From contig JAUZTB010000075.1 of NCBI GenBank assembly GCA_034780895.1, positions 12,974,447 through 13,038,446 on the forward strand: a DNA stretch of 64,000 nt, read 5' to 3'. The translations under genes were made by a program, and so were the position numbers. The notes under the pieces are model-generated. The model saw only the letters and a list, made by a program, of their open reading frames with translations. It was not told the DNA's origin and made no database searches. The stretch comes from Rhynchobatus australiae. Taxonomy: Eukaryota. Below are positions 25,457 through 38,809 of this stretch, piece by piece (position 1 is the first letter of the stretch; each line of letters opens with the position of its first letter).

Positions 25457-27689
25457 GTAAATAAGGGCTGAGTGTGTCTTTGGGTCCCATCCAGAACTGA
25501 AACTGTTTAGTTGAGACCTTTGGATTGAAACTAACAACTTCTGTTGATCAGATTGAACAAGTCTGTTATTAGCAGTTATCTGGGGATCAAGATAATGAGG
25601 GTTTGTTATAAATTGACCAGTTTGGCCTCCATTTCCTCTTTGTAGAGGTACGAGCCCCAACTCCCAAAGGAAGTTATAGACACCTTAACTGTCCCCTCAC
25701 TTCAAGCCTGTCACCCTCTCGCATTTGAACAATTTCGAGCAGTTTAAATATATATTGTACTTCACTTCACTGAGGGGTTCTATAGCAAATGAATCCAATG
25801 TGGGCTTTATATGAACTGAAGCTTCTGTGGATCCAGAATGTCCCCAACAACCCTCGGCAAATTTAGCCATATGTTCAATACCTATCAAGTTTATCTCTTG
25901 AGAAATTTTTGCTCATTTGAAAAATATGAAGTTATAAGTACTCTCTGGCTATCAAGGATGCAGAAAAACTGGGCTATAAGTTTTTTTGATTGGTAACTTT
26001 CTTCAAGAGGGAGTTACCAAATGCTGCAATGTACTAAACATTTGAAAATAAAATAGCTGAACCTTCCCATTGTAATACATTACACCACTGTATTCCAGGC
26101 TGGGGAAAAAATACTGCTGGGAACAAAGATTTAAGGTTTCAATCCTCTGGCCATTTCTGTGTCTATCAGTGAGAGTTACAAGTTTTTCTGCCTCTCTCTC
26201 CCCTTTTTATTCCTGCTTGCATTTTCGGAGGCAGTGATTATACCTGCTGTTATGACCACACTGCACAGTGCTATAAACAGCTCCTGCAGGCCCACGCTTC
26301 CCATCAACCTGCTTTAGAAGTCACTTTACACTGAGAACAGCATGTAACACAAGCTTGAAGCATTCGGAACATCAGAAAAGGCCAAGCTTTGTTGCCTTGC
26401 CTTTAGTTCAAGGTAATGTTCCTGTAAAATTTCAGTGAAGGCTCAGTATTTTACAAGGCTTAGAGTTGCCTGTTTCTAATATTGGACTTGATCTTTCCTC
26501 CAGAGGGTTCATATTGAAGTGACGATGAGAAAATGCAGTAGGTGTAGGGTGATCCTCTGTATTTCTGTCAAGTGAATGAAGAGTTTGGTCATAGTTTGGC
26601 TGTCTGACAGTGTTACAGGTGGAGTGTGGGACTCATCATTGCTGTGAAAAAGCATCATGAATTTGCAACAGCCCCAATAAACTTGCAGTTAAACCATCGT
26701 AACCATCTGTGTTGCTGACTTCTTTCGGAAGTGAGTGGGGTGAACATAAAATTGCCCTAAAATCTCAGTTGATGGCAGAAATTGTGGTTTCAAATACCTA
26801 TCAAATGATGCATTTTAATTTTTTTAGATGCACTTTTTTTCTTAAGGTCCTGTAATCCCAGAATGCTGTGGATTTTTTTTGCCTGGAATTTTGCTTTTCT
26901 ATTGATTAAATTGTTAATCAGATTAGTACAAAGTCAGTCATGGAAGATCAATATTGGACTTTTCCCTTGGGCTTGAACTAATATTGTAATCAGCATTGTT
27001 AAAATATTGGAAGTTGATGGCGAGTATGTTGACCATTAGCTAATGTTTTGTTCTGAAGTACTGTGTATTATTCCCTCTTATTATTTATGTTGGGACCATA
27101 TGCATTGGAAGCCTTTTTTCCATTGTAATTCTACCCACCTTACTATTAAAAGGAGTTCTATGTCAAATAATTGTAAACGCAAAACTAATGTTGCTTTTTG
27201 CTGAAGTCCATAAAACTGCTCATTGGAGGTAACTTGCATTCCCTTTGATGTGACTATGACACTCCACTCTAAGTATTTACCATATGGCCACAATGGACAA
27301 TGCCTTTCTGAGCTGACACTTGATTTTGATCCCATCAAATGCAAGCATTCAATGTTCACTGATTTCTTAGTTCCTCCATGTAAACACAAGAAAATAATAA
27401 ATCCATGGTTCCATTATATAAGTATGTTTGAGAAGTACTTCTCAAACCCCACTCTTTGATCCAGAATTTTACCAAGATACTAAATTATATTACTATAATA
27501 ATAATGGAATCCTGAGCAAACCGTACCATTTGATTTCACTCACCAATTGCATTTGCTTGGTTTGACTCAGTAGTTTTAAACTGGTGGAACATTGTTCGGT
27601 TCAATAAGAGCAATTTTGAGCACATTATTAAACTCTGTTAGTTATATTGATTTCTGAGGAGAATAAGGGAACAAGATATTCCTGAAGAC

Positions 27690-27905
27690 AAAGAGACACA
27701 AGAGACTGCAACTGCTGGAATCTCGAGCAAGAAACAATATGCTGGAGGGACAGTGGGTTGAGCAGCATCTGTGGTGGGGGGGAAGGAATTGTCGGCGATT
27801 TGGATTAAAACCTTGCTTCAGGATTCGTCAACGTTTCGGGATGCAAGTCCTCATGCAGGGTTTTGGCCCAAAACGTGGACAATTCCTCCACCACCCCACA
27901 CCCCC
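27690..27905. mobile_element. Penelope-like inverted-repeat relic with opposed hammerhead-like cores
   Basis: acacaagagactgca...tgctggaggga...gcagcatctgt. Cores at 27791-27822 (-) and 27850-27880 (+). Confidence 0.55.
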
Positions 27906-28574
27906 ACCCCCACTGAAGATATTTCTGATAAATGATTTGAAAATTTTAATTGTTTCAGTCTTTTTCAGAAATATTTTAGCATTTGTACTGGATGCAAAAG
28001 AGTAAAATAACGGGTGGGTGCTTTGGGCGCTTACGGTATGGATTCTAGTGCCTCCAGGATATGTAATCAAGGTCCTTTACTCAATTTCTGGATTATGTTT
28101 NNNNNNNNNNNNNNNNNNNNNNNNNNNNNNNNNNNNNNNNNNNNNNNNNNNNNNNNNNNNNNNNNNNNNNNNNNNNNNNNNNNNNNNNNNNNNNNNNNNN
28201 TCAGTAGTTATCCATAGCTAAGGTGGCCTTGGGGGATATGAAAGTTGACCAATTGGAAGGAAGCTCAGCAAGGATTCCTATTCCTTGTTGCGAGAAGTAA
28301 CAATGGGAAGCAAATATAATATTAGACTCGGGAGACAATAATCTCCCATCACCTACTGTTGAGTAGTCAATGATTTGTCAGTAGAGCGAGGAAGGCTACA
28401 CTGAGGAGCTTGACTCTGGGAGATCTATGCATTGAGCATTGAATGAATGGTATTAGAACAAAGTATCTTCCAGTAAAAGTCACTGGAAGGTAATCTAGGG
28501 TAAAGATTGCACCCACTGGATTGTGACTATCTGTCTCTTCTGAATTAAAACTTGAAAGATTGTGAGATGTCACT

Positions 28575-29340
28575 AAATTGGTTTATTATTGTTACATGTA
28601 CTCAGGTACAGTGAAAAGCTTGTCTTGTATACCGTTCATACAGATCAATTCATTACAACAGTGTGTTGGGTAGTACAAGATGAAACAACAATAATGCAGA
28701 ATAAAGAGTTACAGTTACAGAGAAAGTGCAGGTAGACAATAAGGTGCAAAGGTCANNNNNNNNNNNNNNNNNNNNNNNNNNNNNNNNNNNNNNNNNNNNN
28801 NNNNNNNNNNNNNNNNNNNNNNNNNNNNNNNNNNNNNNNNNNNNNNNNNNNNNNNNNNNNNNNNNNNNNNNNNNNNNNNNNNNNNNNNNNNNNNNNNNNN
28901 NNNNGAGAGAATGTCCAGGGTGGGTGGGGTCTTTGATTATGCTGGCTGCTTTACCGAGATAGTGAGAAGTGTAGACAGAGTCCATGGAGGGGAGGCTGGT
29001 TTCTGTGATGTGCTGAGCTGTGTCCACAACTTTCTTCAGTTTCTTACAGTCATGGGCAGAGCAGTTGCCATACCAAGCTGTGATGCATCCAGATAGGATG
29101 ATTTCTCTGGTGCATCGATTACAAATTGTTGAGGGTCAAAGGGGACATGCCAAATTTCTTTAGCCTTCTGAGAAAGCTGAGGCACTGGTGAGCTTTCTTG
29201 GCCGTGGCATCTACATGGTTGGACGAGGACAGGCTATTGGTGATGTTAACTTCGAGGAACTTCAAGCTCTCAACCCTCTCGACCTCAGCACTTTTAATGT
29301 AGACAGGAGCATGTGCACTGCCTCCCTTCCTGAAGTCAAT
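28575..29340 (-). mobile_element. Rex1/L2-like LINE 3' ~0.8 kb
   Basis: Minus-strand peptide DTAQHITETSLPSMDSVYTSHYLGKAASIIKDPTHPGHSL, plus 3' tail (rc) tttcactgtacctgagtacatgtaacaataataaaccaattt. Confidence 0.8.
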
Positions 29341-29984
29341 GGCTGGAGCACTATGGCTGTCATCTATTACATGGAGACAGATTTAATGAAAATAAAATAG
29401 CCATAAACCCCTTTCTTTCTACCTTTCCCTCCCTCTTCCCCTTTCTCTTCATTTGCAAAGGTCAATATTCTTTAACTTATACCACTCTCCTGGAATTTTA
29501 AATAATGCCTTGCATGTTAGTAAGAGCTCTATGCCAAAGGCACTGGTTTCATAAGTGAAATTCATTTGTAGGATTTTAGGATATTAATCTGGGAATGTTT
29601 TCCATAACTTTACTTGGCTTTCAGTGCGAGATGAAAACCAGTGATTTCATTGTCATGACACAAGTGAAATTATTTAACTAAATATTGCACGTTATCTCTT
29701 GATAGACATGCAGTAGCGTTCACACCTTTCAGGAATATCCATTGTGAACCAACAGAGGCAAATCTGAAGGAGTTGTGCCAGAAACAATATGAATCCTGAT
29801 TGCAATACCCCTTCCGGATTGCTCAAAATTTTACAGCTTAGCTTCTGAGCTGATGGGAATTCCTCAATTAGCCTGCATTGTATATTTTTTTTTGCTGAAG
29901 TATAATTATTTTTTTTCTGTATGCTTGCATTTCATCTTGTATCTCTGATTTTATTGTTCTTCTCTCCTCCAACTCTTGACACAG

Positions 29985-30086
29985 AAAAGCTCATAGAAGG
30001 TCTGAAGTCCCCTGAGACTTCATTTCTGCTTCCTGACCTTCTATCTCTTGGTGACCCCTTTGGGAGTACCGAGGATAATATCAATG
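29985..30086 (+). CDS. AAK1: AAK1 exon ~18: [33 protein letters not shown]
   Basis: acacag| acceptor, |gtaaaa donor, 102 nt, phase 1->1, [16 protein letters not shown] motifs. Confidence 0.93.
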
Positions 30087-31465
30087 GTAAAAAATCTCCG
30101 GATGCATTTGTTTCAGCGTGCATGACCATATTATAGGAATCTGGAGTATTTTCACCTGCTAAGTTTCAGACCCCTTTAACTTGACCCTTTGAAAGTCAAT
30201 GTTTTATGAATAACTATTGTGAAATTGTGTGCACATGGTTGATTTTCAGTGACATTCTGGGTTCCTATTTATTCTATGCCCCCTACCACTTAGAAAAGGT
30301 GGGCTATTCAGTTGCCCCTTTATTTGGCATACATGTGAAAGTTCAGTGCATGCTCACCAGTATGCTGGACATATTAAAAGTACAAGAGGTGGCAGCAAAG
30401 TGATGAGAGCCCTTTCACTAAGGTAAGGCATGTCAGTACAGCAGTGACAATGGTCAGTGCATCCAGTCATTACTAGCTGAACCCCAATCAGTTGTGTAAA
30501 GCTTTTGACATCTATATTTAGGGGTTGAGGTTGAAAATTCTCTTGTTCCTATTCTTTACACTTTCACTGAATCTGCTTGTGTTTTTATCTCTGCCACAAC
30601 ATTTTGTGTCTTGTCTATCTTGTCAGCTTCTTGCCCTGTTCTGTTATGTGTCAATTTTCTGTAGTGTATGGTGATTGTGTTGTGACAGTCTGTGCCTTTC
30701 TGTAATACATCCTGAAGTGTTTCAAGGAACACCCAGCTGCAGCAGTGCTTGCATGCACGTACTTTGGGGTATGTACGTATTACATGGGCACTTTGATGGA
30801 TTTTCTAGTCAACAGAGCCATGACCGCAACTTCTTATTTGCCTTAGTCCTGTTTGTGACAAGAAGAGTTGATTGTTCCATTAGCCTTACCAATTATCTAA
30901 CAGGAAAATGCAAGTTATTTTGGCAGAGCTCTGAAGAGAATATGACAGAACAATGTATTCAAGTGTCAATCCTATGTCACCTGCGTTATTTGAAATTAAT
31001 CTTGGTTTGGCATCATTTTGCTTGCTACATAATAGTTATGTTCATTCGGCCTTCATTTGAAATCTGAGTAATGGCGCATTGCAGGATCCTAAATCTCTTC
31101 TTCCCCGGCTTATATGTGAATTATCAATTTTTTTAAAAAAAGTTTTTTTTTATAGAACAAAGAGTAATTCTGACATACTATTCTAAAGAGATAAAGGGAA
31201 TTTAGTTTTAAGTTCTGTTGAGTACTTGTTAAAATTTCTTTGAGAATTATCTGACAGAATTTAATTGCAGTGTCTAAATTTCTATCAATACTGCAAAGAT
31301 TTAAGGGCCTATTGTTGTAGAGTACAGTGTTGTAGAGTGTAATTATTTAAAGCTTTGCCCATTTTCCTTCATGCTCTGTGGCAGCTTGGCTGTTTTCTTG
31401 ATACACCTTAACATTATTTGATGTCTGCTTGCATTTAATTCTCTATTTGTGCCCTGATTCAAAAG

Positions 31466-31582
31466 GAAAGTCTGAGATAGTGGTGGGAAATCTCATACCT
31501 GGATTTGAGTCTTCAAAGCCTCAGCAGCTGGCACCACTGCAGGTGGAAGCTTTGGGTGCTGTGGCCGTATTAAATGCTTCAG
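31466..31582 (+). CDS. AAK1: AAK1 exon ~19: KSEIVVGNLIPGFESSKPQQLAPLQVEALGAVAVLNAS
   Basis: caaaag| acceptor, |gttggt donor, 117 nt, phase 1->1. Resembles human EKADVAVESLIPGLE. Confidence 0.82.
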
Positions 31583-31904
31583 GTTGGTACACACACTGCA
31601 GTTAACCTCAGCACCTTCCATTATTACACTCTCAAATAATTTGTCCTTGTTTCAGTTGTGCTTGAGTCAGAAAGAACGTTCTACGTTTTTAAAAACTGAG
31701 TTGGAATAATAATCCACAGGTCTACTTCATTTTCCCTTTCTCCCCAAGTGTGCAATTGCCATTATTTTGCCTCCTTGTTTTTCTTCCTCTTAGTTCTTGC
31801 TTCATGGACCTTTTTCCAAGAAGCCAGAAGATGGCATTTGTAAAACATTTATGTTGCTAACTTTTGATCTTGAATCAAATGTGGGTTATCGATAAATGAC
31901 CATC

Positions 31905-32045
31905 ATAAATAAAGGTGCTGGAAATCTGAAATAAAAACAGAAAATGCTGATGAAGTTCTGACAAAGGGCCTTCAACCAGAAACATTAACTTCTTTTCTCA
32001 GCTGCTTGACCTGCTGAGTGTTTTCAGCATTTTCTGTTTTTATTT
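31905..32045. mobile_element. Short foldback relic of a Penelope-like element
   Basis: Perfect 22-bp inverted repeat 31929-31950 / 32024-32045, internal gctgcttgacctgctgagt. Confidence 0.6.
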
Positions 32046-33877
32046 GTGGGGTTACTTGTTTAGCATCCTGTATTAGGATGGAGTTTGATCAAGGGATGCA
32101 TTCAGGCTGACCATGGATTTAAGTCACAGGGAAGAGCATCTGATGTCTGATTGAAGAGGAGGATATTGAGATTTCTAAAAGCAGTTGTATGTACTGACAG
32201 TGCTGTAGCCAGGAAGATTAGATAGTTCTGCTGCTAATCAAACTTCTTGACCACATTGCTTATACTGTAAATAACTAGGACTGAATCGTATGTAACTACT
32301 CGCCACTCATTCTTGATATATTATGCTGCTTTTAGTGGGAGAAGTTGAAGAAGCTTCTGTTTCCCCTCCTCTTTAAGTAGACTTTGCTTAATAAACTGAT
32401 ATTTTTGTTGACATATAACAAACTTCTGTTAGTCATTCATCCCTTCATTTCTTTAGTTGATGCAGCGTTATCAATAAATACCGTTTAAGAAGCTAGGAGG
32501 CAGTCAGAGTTTGGTGATGTAATTTCACAGGACAGACACGTGAGGGAAAGGCTATTCTTCCATAAGAGTAATTGGGAGTTGGAATACATTACCTGATGGA
32601 GCAATTGGAATACATTCAATAGTGGGCTTCAGAAGGAAGTTGGATAAATATTTGAAGGAAAAGTAAATTGCAGGAATATGAAGAATGAACTGGAAAGTCG
32701 AATTAATGGGGATTGCGCTTCAAAAAGAGAAAATGCTTAATGTCCTAATTCTGTAGTGTACTGCACTGATCTGCCATTTTTAAGGAATGTAATAGTGTTA
32801 GAGTGTTGGTAGTGGAAGAAAAATAGATGAAATGTTTCATTTAATACATATTAGGCGATGGAGGCCATAAAAATAATGATTCAAATCATAAAATTGTAGC
32901 GAAGTTCTTAAATAATATTTTCAGTTATTAAGTTCATGTCTACAGGGTTACACAGGAAAAGAAAATCTTACTTTCTAACAGGTTTAGCTTACAATTCTGC
33001 ACACAGCAAAGAAGGTGCTCACCAGCAGCACCAAGTGAACTAAACCTGCAAAATCAATCCCAAACATAGGTGTACATTTAACAATAAATTTATGTTGCAG
33101 CTTGGTGTCCAAGCTGAGAAGCTGCAATATGAGACAGTGGAGTGGAACATTTGCAGTGACTAAGTATTTACATCAACAGTAACAGATAAGTTTATCAAAA
33201 GCAAGGCACTGGTCCCCTCTTTTTTTTAATCTCCCATGATCATCCACCTCTTAACTAAAGCATATATTCCAAAGTAAACTTGAAATTGCAGCAGTGTGAG
33301 ATTCCAAATAGTGTTAAAGTAAAGCAGCACGAGATTGCGTCCTTTTCATGAAATTAGTGGAAAAAAAACCTCAGGGATATTGAACTGGTGTAGTACATGC
33401 AGTGTGAGGGCGATAACTGTCTCTATGTCGAATCAATCAAGCTTCAGTAAGGGAATATGCGAAAAGAATAGTGAACTACCATTATGTGAAGACCATGTCA
33501 AGTACTATATCTGTTGTATTTAATTGCAATCGAATCTTCCAGACTGCCAAACATCATATTCTGAAAAATATAAAGTGCATTTTCAAAAATGTTCAGTATT
33601 GGTTGAAGAAAATTGAAGAGGCAAAATGGTCAAATTTTACACAGTTTAAGTATTTTTGTTGTCTTTGAAAGAATTTTTTTGCCCAGTTCAGAGGAAAACT
33701 ACAGTTAAAATATTTTAAAAGGGTAATTAAATAGGATTTTTTCACTGGGGAGACTTGCATTAAGAAATGAACTTTAGAAAGCATTGTTTCAGATTTCAGT
33801 ATATTTTACTAATCATTTGCTGTATATCCTCTTTCTGCTTCCCTGCCTTGCACCTGCCACTACTGAACCTTGCTCAG

Positions 33878-33988
33878 ATTCTCTCACTGGAGAGGACTCC
33901 ATTCTTGACTACTCTCTCCTCTCTAACCCAGTGACTGAAATTATTGATGAATTTTCTCCTGTAGTTTCATCTGGGCAGGTTAAGCAAG
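33878..33988 (+). CDS. AAK1: AAK1 exon ~20: DSLTGEDSILDYSLLSNPVTEIIDEFSPVVSSGQVKQ
   Basis: gctcag| acceptor, |gtaaga donor, 111 nt, phase 1->1. Confidence 0.93.
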
Positions 33989-36900
33989 GTAAGAATGTCC
34001 AGTCCTGATCTGTTTCCTTTTATTGCTATTTCTCAATATTGATTCCTATTCTTGCTCCCACCTCTCTGCACCCCATGGTTTTGTTCACCCCTTAATGTAT
34101 TTGAAATTACAAATGTTTCTAAGTACTAGTCCAAGTCCAATTATAATTCCAAGTACGTTTCCAAGTTATTTGAGTACTTTATTGCAAAGTTGTTTTAATT
34201 TTGAAAGACAAGCTCATTTTGCACATCAAAGGTGCTTAAATGTACACAATAGAAACTTAAACCACAATGAAAACTAATATTGAACTAGTTTGTGAGAAAA
34301 GAGCGAGGTGTCTATGGTTACCAGGATGTTGACTTAAACTGAGAGTTGCATTGTTGCCGTAATTTTGAAATTTTAGAGATTTTTATTTGTCTCCCACAGC
34401 TGTCAGCCAGAAGCCACAGTGAATGTGTTACTGGGTGGGCTTTTGTTCATTACTGTTCCAATCAATTAAATTGACTAGTCTGTAGTGCCTTGCATTATAA
34501 TTCAAATTGAAAGGACCACTTTTCACAAGATAGATTTGTTTGTTGTTGGTGCATACTCTATAGACCTGTGTGCTGATGGATTCTTAGATTCTCTACATTG
34601 AATTCCTCATTTGAATTGTGTGACCCATAATGGTTGATAGCCAAAGTCAGATATTGTTCTATTGCTTCTTCCTTCTCACTCCAAGCACAATGGTCAGTTT
34701 GATTTCAGGCAACCTAGTTTAGCCTGAGAACTGGGAAATCTGCAGATGTTCTCCAAAGGTTTGAGTCAAGTTGCACACAGTTGGAAGCCTACATTTGTCT
34801 CCACTTGCAAATTGCCCAATTATGGGAATATCTACTACCACGTATGCTGCTGATCTCAGTGTTAAATTTGCCCCAGTAAGTTTCAAAATGGATTTGGATC
34901 TATTTTTGAACAGAGAAAATGACAAGGATGGCAATGCATGGGAATGCATGAATGAGTGGGATGAATTGGGAAGCAATTTTTAGAGGCCGAATAGGTACAG
35001 TGAACAAAGTGGCTGGTTTCTTCTCATTGAGAGGCCTCTGCTTCAGTTTCACCTGAACGCAGCATTTAAAATTGTGAATGATCATGATAGTTTGCTCTCT
35101 ACATGTGGGACTTTCAGTATATTGTGGATGCTTTGAAGCTGTAGCACCTGCAGGTATCAGTTTCTTTCACTGTCCCACTTAATGTGAAATGTTTAGTTTC
35201 TCGTTTCACAAATGAAACCTTGCTTTTTATTTCAGCTGGACCTTTATTCTTTCAGCCAGTGAAACAATATCATTGCAGCCTTCTGACCCAGAATCTCAAT
35301 ACATCTTCTTTATCTGAGGCACAATTAACACGTACTGGAATATAGTACAGAATTGAGTTGTAAAATGCATGATTCTCAGGATTGACCTGATCACTGTCCC
35401 TTCACATTATCTGCATCTCAGTCTAACTTGGAGTTATCAAGTGTTACAGATTGATACTCGGTGCAGACGCTGAAGTACAGTTGATAGCGTAAAGGCAGCT
35501 TGATTACTAATTGAGTGCAACAGAGATGGCGGCATCTTAAATTCGTTAGGCTCTGCTCTTTACAGGTTGATAGCTGTATACGTGTAATGTATGGAGTTGG
35601 TTTTGTTTTGAGGTCCACTGATGAAAAATGTCAGGGTCTTTGCCGATCCATGATTCACAACTATATATAGAAACATGTTCAAAATACATGAAGTGTTGGT
35701 TATTAATATTGCCTTGCATGTAATGTTTCAAACCCTGAGGTTTTACAAAGATCAGGAGAATGAAAGCAGGAAATAAAATATTAAAAAAAACAAAACATAT
35801 GGCTAATTATTCAGAATTGTATGCAAGTATAAGTGGTCTTCACAATGGAAATATTGTGCATCCTTTCTGATACTGAGCAGCATGATTCCCCTCTAGCAAA
35901 TGAGGAATTTGCTTGAAGCAGGTTTGGAACGCCTCCCTTCACCCCCTGCCCTGCCAAATTAAAGCAGCTGCNNNNNNNNNNNNNNNNNNNNNNNNNNNNN
36001 NNNNNNNNNNNNNNNNNNNNNNNNNNNNNNNNNNNNNNNNNNNNNNNNNNNNNNNNNNNNNNNNNNNNNNNNNNNNNGTTGTAAGGCGAATGGATGGCTT
36101 GTTAGAGCATGCCTTGAGAATTTAGCCAATCCTAATACCTGGTATAAAATGTCCAAGTTTAACCCTCAATAGGGAATGAAAATGAAGGGATCTTGAAAAA
36201 TCTAAAGTCACTCGTCAGTTTAAAAGCATTTCTGTGGTGGAATCATGGTTAGTAGGTCAGAACTTGCTGGGAAATAAACCAGAGAAATGAAGGAGAGGAT
36301 CACCTGCAAGGGAAAAGAGCAAGTACACTTAATTTTGATTAAGTTATTTATATTGATTGTTTTTTGTTTTCAAATGATTTATTTTATTTTTAATATTTTT
36401 AAAACCTAATTGTTTAATTTTTGATAGTTTTTAAATATTTCTGAATATCTGGGACAATGAAAATTCTTGACAAATTTAACATGTGCAAAGACTGTGTGGT
36501 CAGGACTTTGCCAGCTGTTTTGTGGATGGGGCTCAGTCTGGCATCCCTCTTCCCATAGCACATACTCCCCATGCAATACTGTTTCATCAAGCAAGGTCCT
36601 GCCATTGCGCAGTATGTTGCCATTTTGGATTGTGATGACAATTTCCAGCAAGTCAATGTCAGGATTCCACAATGGTAAATTGGTACATTTGGGGGTGAGC
36701 AAAGGTAGTTTGCTGCTGGCAGCAAGTTCTGGTGCGTTGTTCAAAAAGGGTTTTTTTCCCTCCCCTACTTTGGATTACTACAGCGAAGCAATGTTGTGTT
36801 GGTGGAAGTCAAACATACAAGATTTTAGATGCAGGTGTTACAAGAGTTGATGAGATTTTCAGAATCTGCAATATTCCAAGGGTAAAGCAGTCGCCCAGCA

Positions 36901-37380
36901 CAGATAATTCTGGAGGAGGGAGGATTGTTCTTGTTATAAGCCTGCATTGTGCATTTTGTATCTTAAAGTCAGCATTTTAAAAGAAAAGTGGTGAACAAAG
37001 TGCACAGAAGTTGTTGCTCATTACATGAGGTGGAAGCACGGGAGAGGAACATCAGCAAGTAAAACTGACCTACAAAATCAGTACTTGTCAGCAAATTAGT
37101 CATCACATCATTGACAAGTAACTATAATTTTCTGAAACCAGGAAGGCTTATAAAATAGAGATGAAAACTTTGGTGCACTGTATTGGGCACATTCAAAACT
37201 CTTTTGTTCCATGTCCATTGTATGGTTGGCTCAAGTTTATAGAAGTTTTGTAAATAAATTGCAAAATGTCCTGTTTTCAGGAAATAACTTTCCTCAACTT
37301 AATCCTGCTTTCTGTTAATATTTAACATTTTCTGAAAATCTTGCTTCTTACTGTCCATGCCTCCCTTTTACATGCTGCAG

Positions 37381-37482
37381 AGGAAACTAACCTCATCTCA
37401 GACTTTGATCTTTCTATTAAAAATGACAAAGTGGAAGATGATGAATTTGACCCCATTCCTGTGTTGTCAAAAAATTCTCAAG
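37381..37482 (+). CDS. AAK1: AAK1 exon ~21: [34 protein letters not shown]
   Basis: ctgcag| acceptor, |gtaagg donor, 102 nt, phase 1->1, DEFDPIPVL motif. Confidence 0.92.
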
Positions 37483-38809
37483 GTAAGGTTTCAATTGAAG
37501 CATTTGCTATTGTCTTATCCCAATCACTTTGTTGATATTTTATGCACTTTTCACTAAATCATCATTGACAGGAAGAAAACAATGCAAGCTTCACTTTAGT
37601 AATTCTAATATTTATGAAACCTCCCTCACAACTACACAACACAAATGTTCCAGTCTTAATCTAGCAATTCTGCCTTTTTTGTAGTCATACAGCAGGGAAA
37701 TGGGTCCTTCGGCCTACTAGGTCCACACTGACCATCAAGCACCCAATTAAACTAATCCCGTTTTTTATCCTCCCTGTGTTCCCATAACTCCTCCCAATAG
37801 GTTGGGGTACCCAAAAGGAACCACATTTCCAAAAGAAGGATATGAAGTCTTTTGGATGATAAAATGAATCTAAATGTAAACAAAGCCAGCTGGCCTCTGA
37901 AAATGGCTCTTGTCCAGATGCACCCGTCTTTCAATGTAAATGCTGTTAAGATACTGTTATAATCTGAGCTAGAGTGTGGAATATTGTTGTCATATTATTT
38001 AAATATTCTTGATTCTCTCAATCTTGAAACAGAGCAAAGTCAAATAACTGCTGGCTTCTTCTTTGAACAGCACCTTGAAATAGCAAAAATGATCTTTTTA
38101 TTCAAGTAGCCAATTAATTTAATTGGGCCATGACACTAAGCTGGTTCCATGGGCAAACACAGAGTAGGGAATTATTTTTGTAAGACATTGTGGCCTTTGA
38201 GGTGCAAAGTTGAAGAAAAATGGCATGACATGTTAATCTCGACAGTGCAAGGCTCTGTTTTCATACCTCCGCTGGTTGTTTGGCCTCTTATAAGGCAATC
38301 CTTTCACAAAATTCTTTCACCAAAGAATTTGATTGAGCAGAAGGCATCTAATTCATTAAACACGATGGACTTACTTTGGATGGGATTTCATTTAGTTTCA
38401 AGTGGATTATTTGGAAAGGCTGGTGAGATAGAGCACAGCCAGAAAATTTTTAAATGTTCATTCAATATCGAAGTAGCTTTTTAAATGAAATTTTAAATTT
38501 GTCCACAGAGTGCTGACTTCTAATTGTCTATAATTTCATAACAATCGATTTTCTNNNNNNNNNNNNNNNNNNNNNNNNNNNNNNNNNNNTTCAACATTGC
38601 ATTCTGATCTGTAGTGTCCCACACACTACACAAAAATTCAAGCAACACAGATTTTCAAAACACCAAATATGAAAAGCATGTTCTTTTCTAAAATAATGTC
38701 AAAACCAAATAATACTGAAAGGAATATTTTTTTTTCTTTTTAGCGAATTTCACCTTTTAATAAATTTCGATTTTACTACTGGTTCAAAGAGAAGTCATTC
38801 TTTTAAAAT

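Noticed and set aside
36406-36980. Overlapping 80-127 aa ORFs in intron 20
   Set aside because: No homology recognised and no supported splice sites; could be a non-coding element but there is no evidence either way
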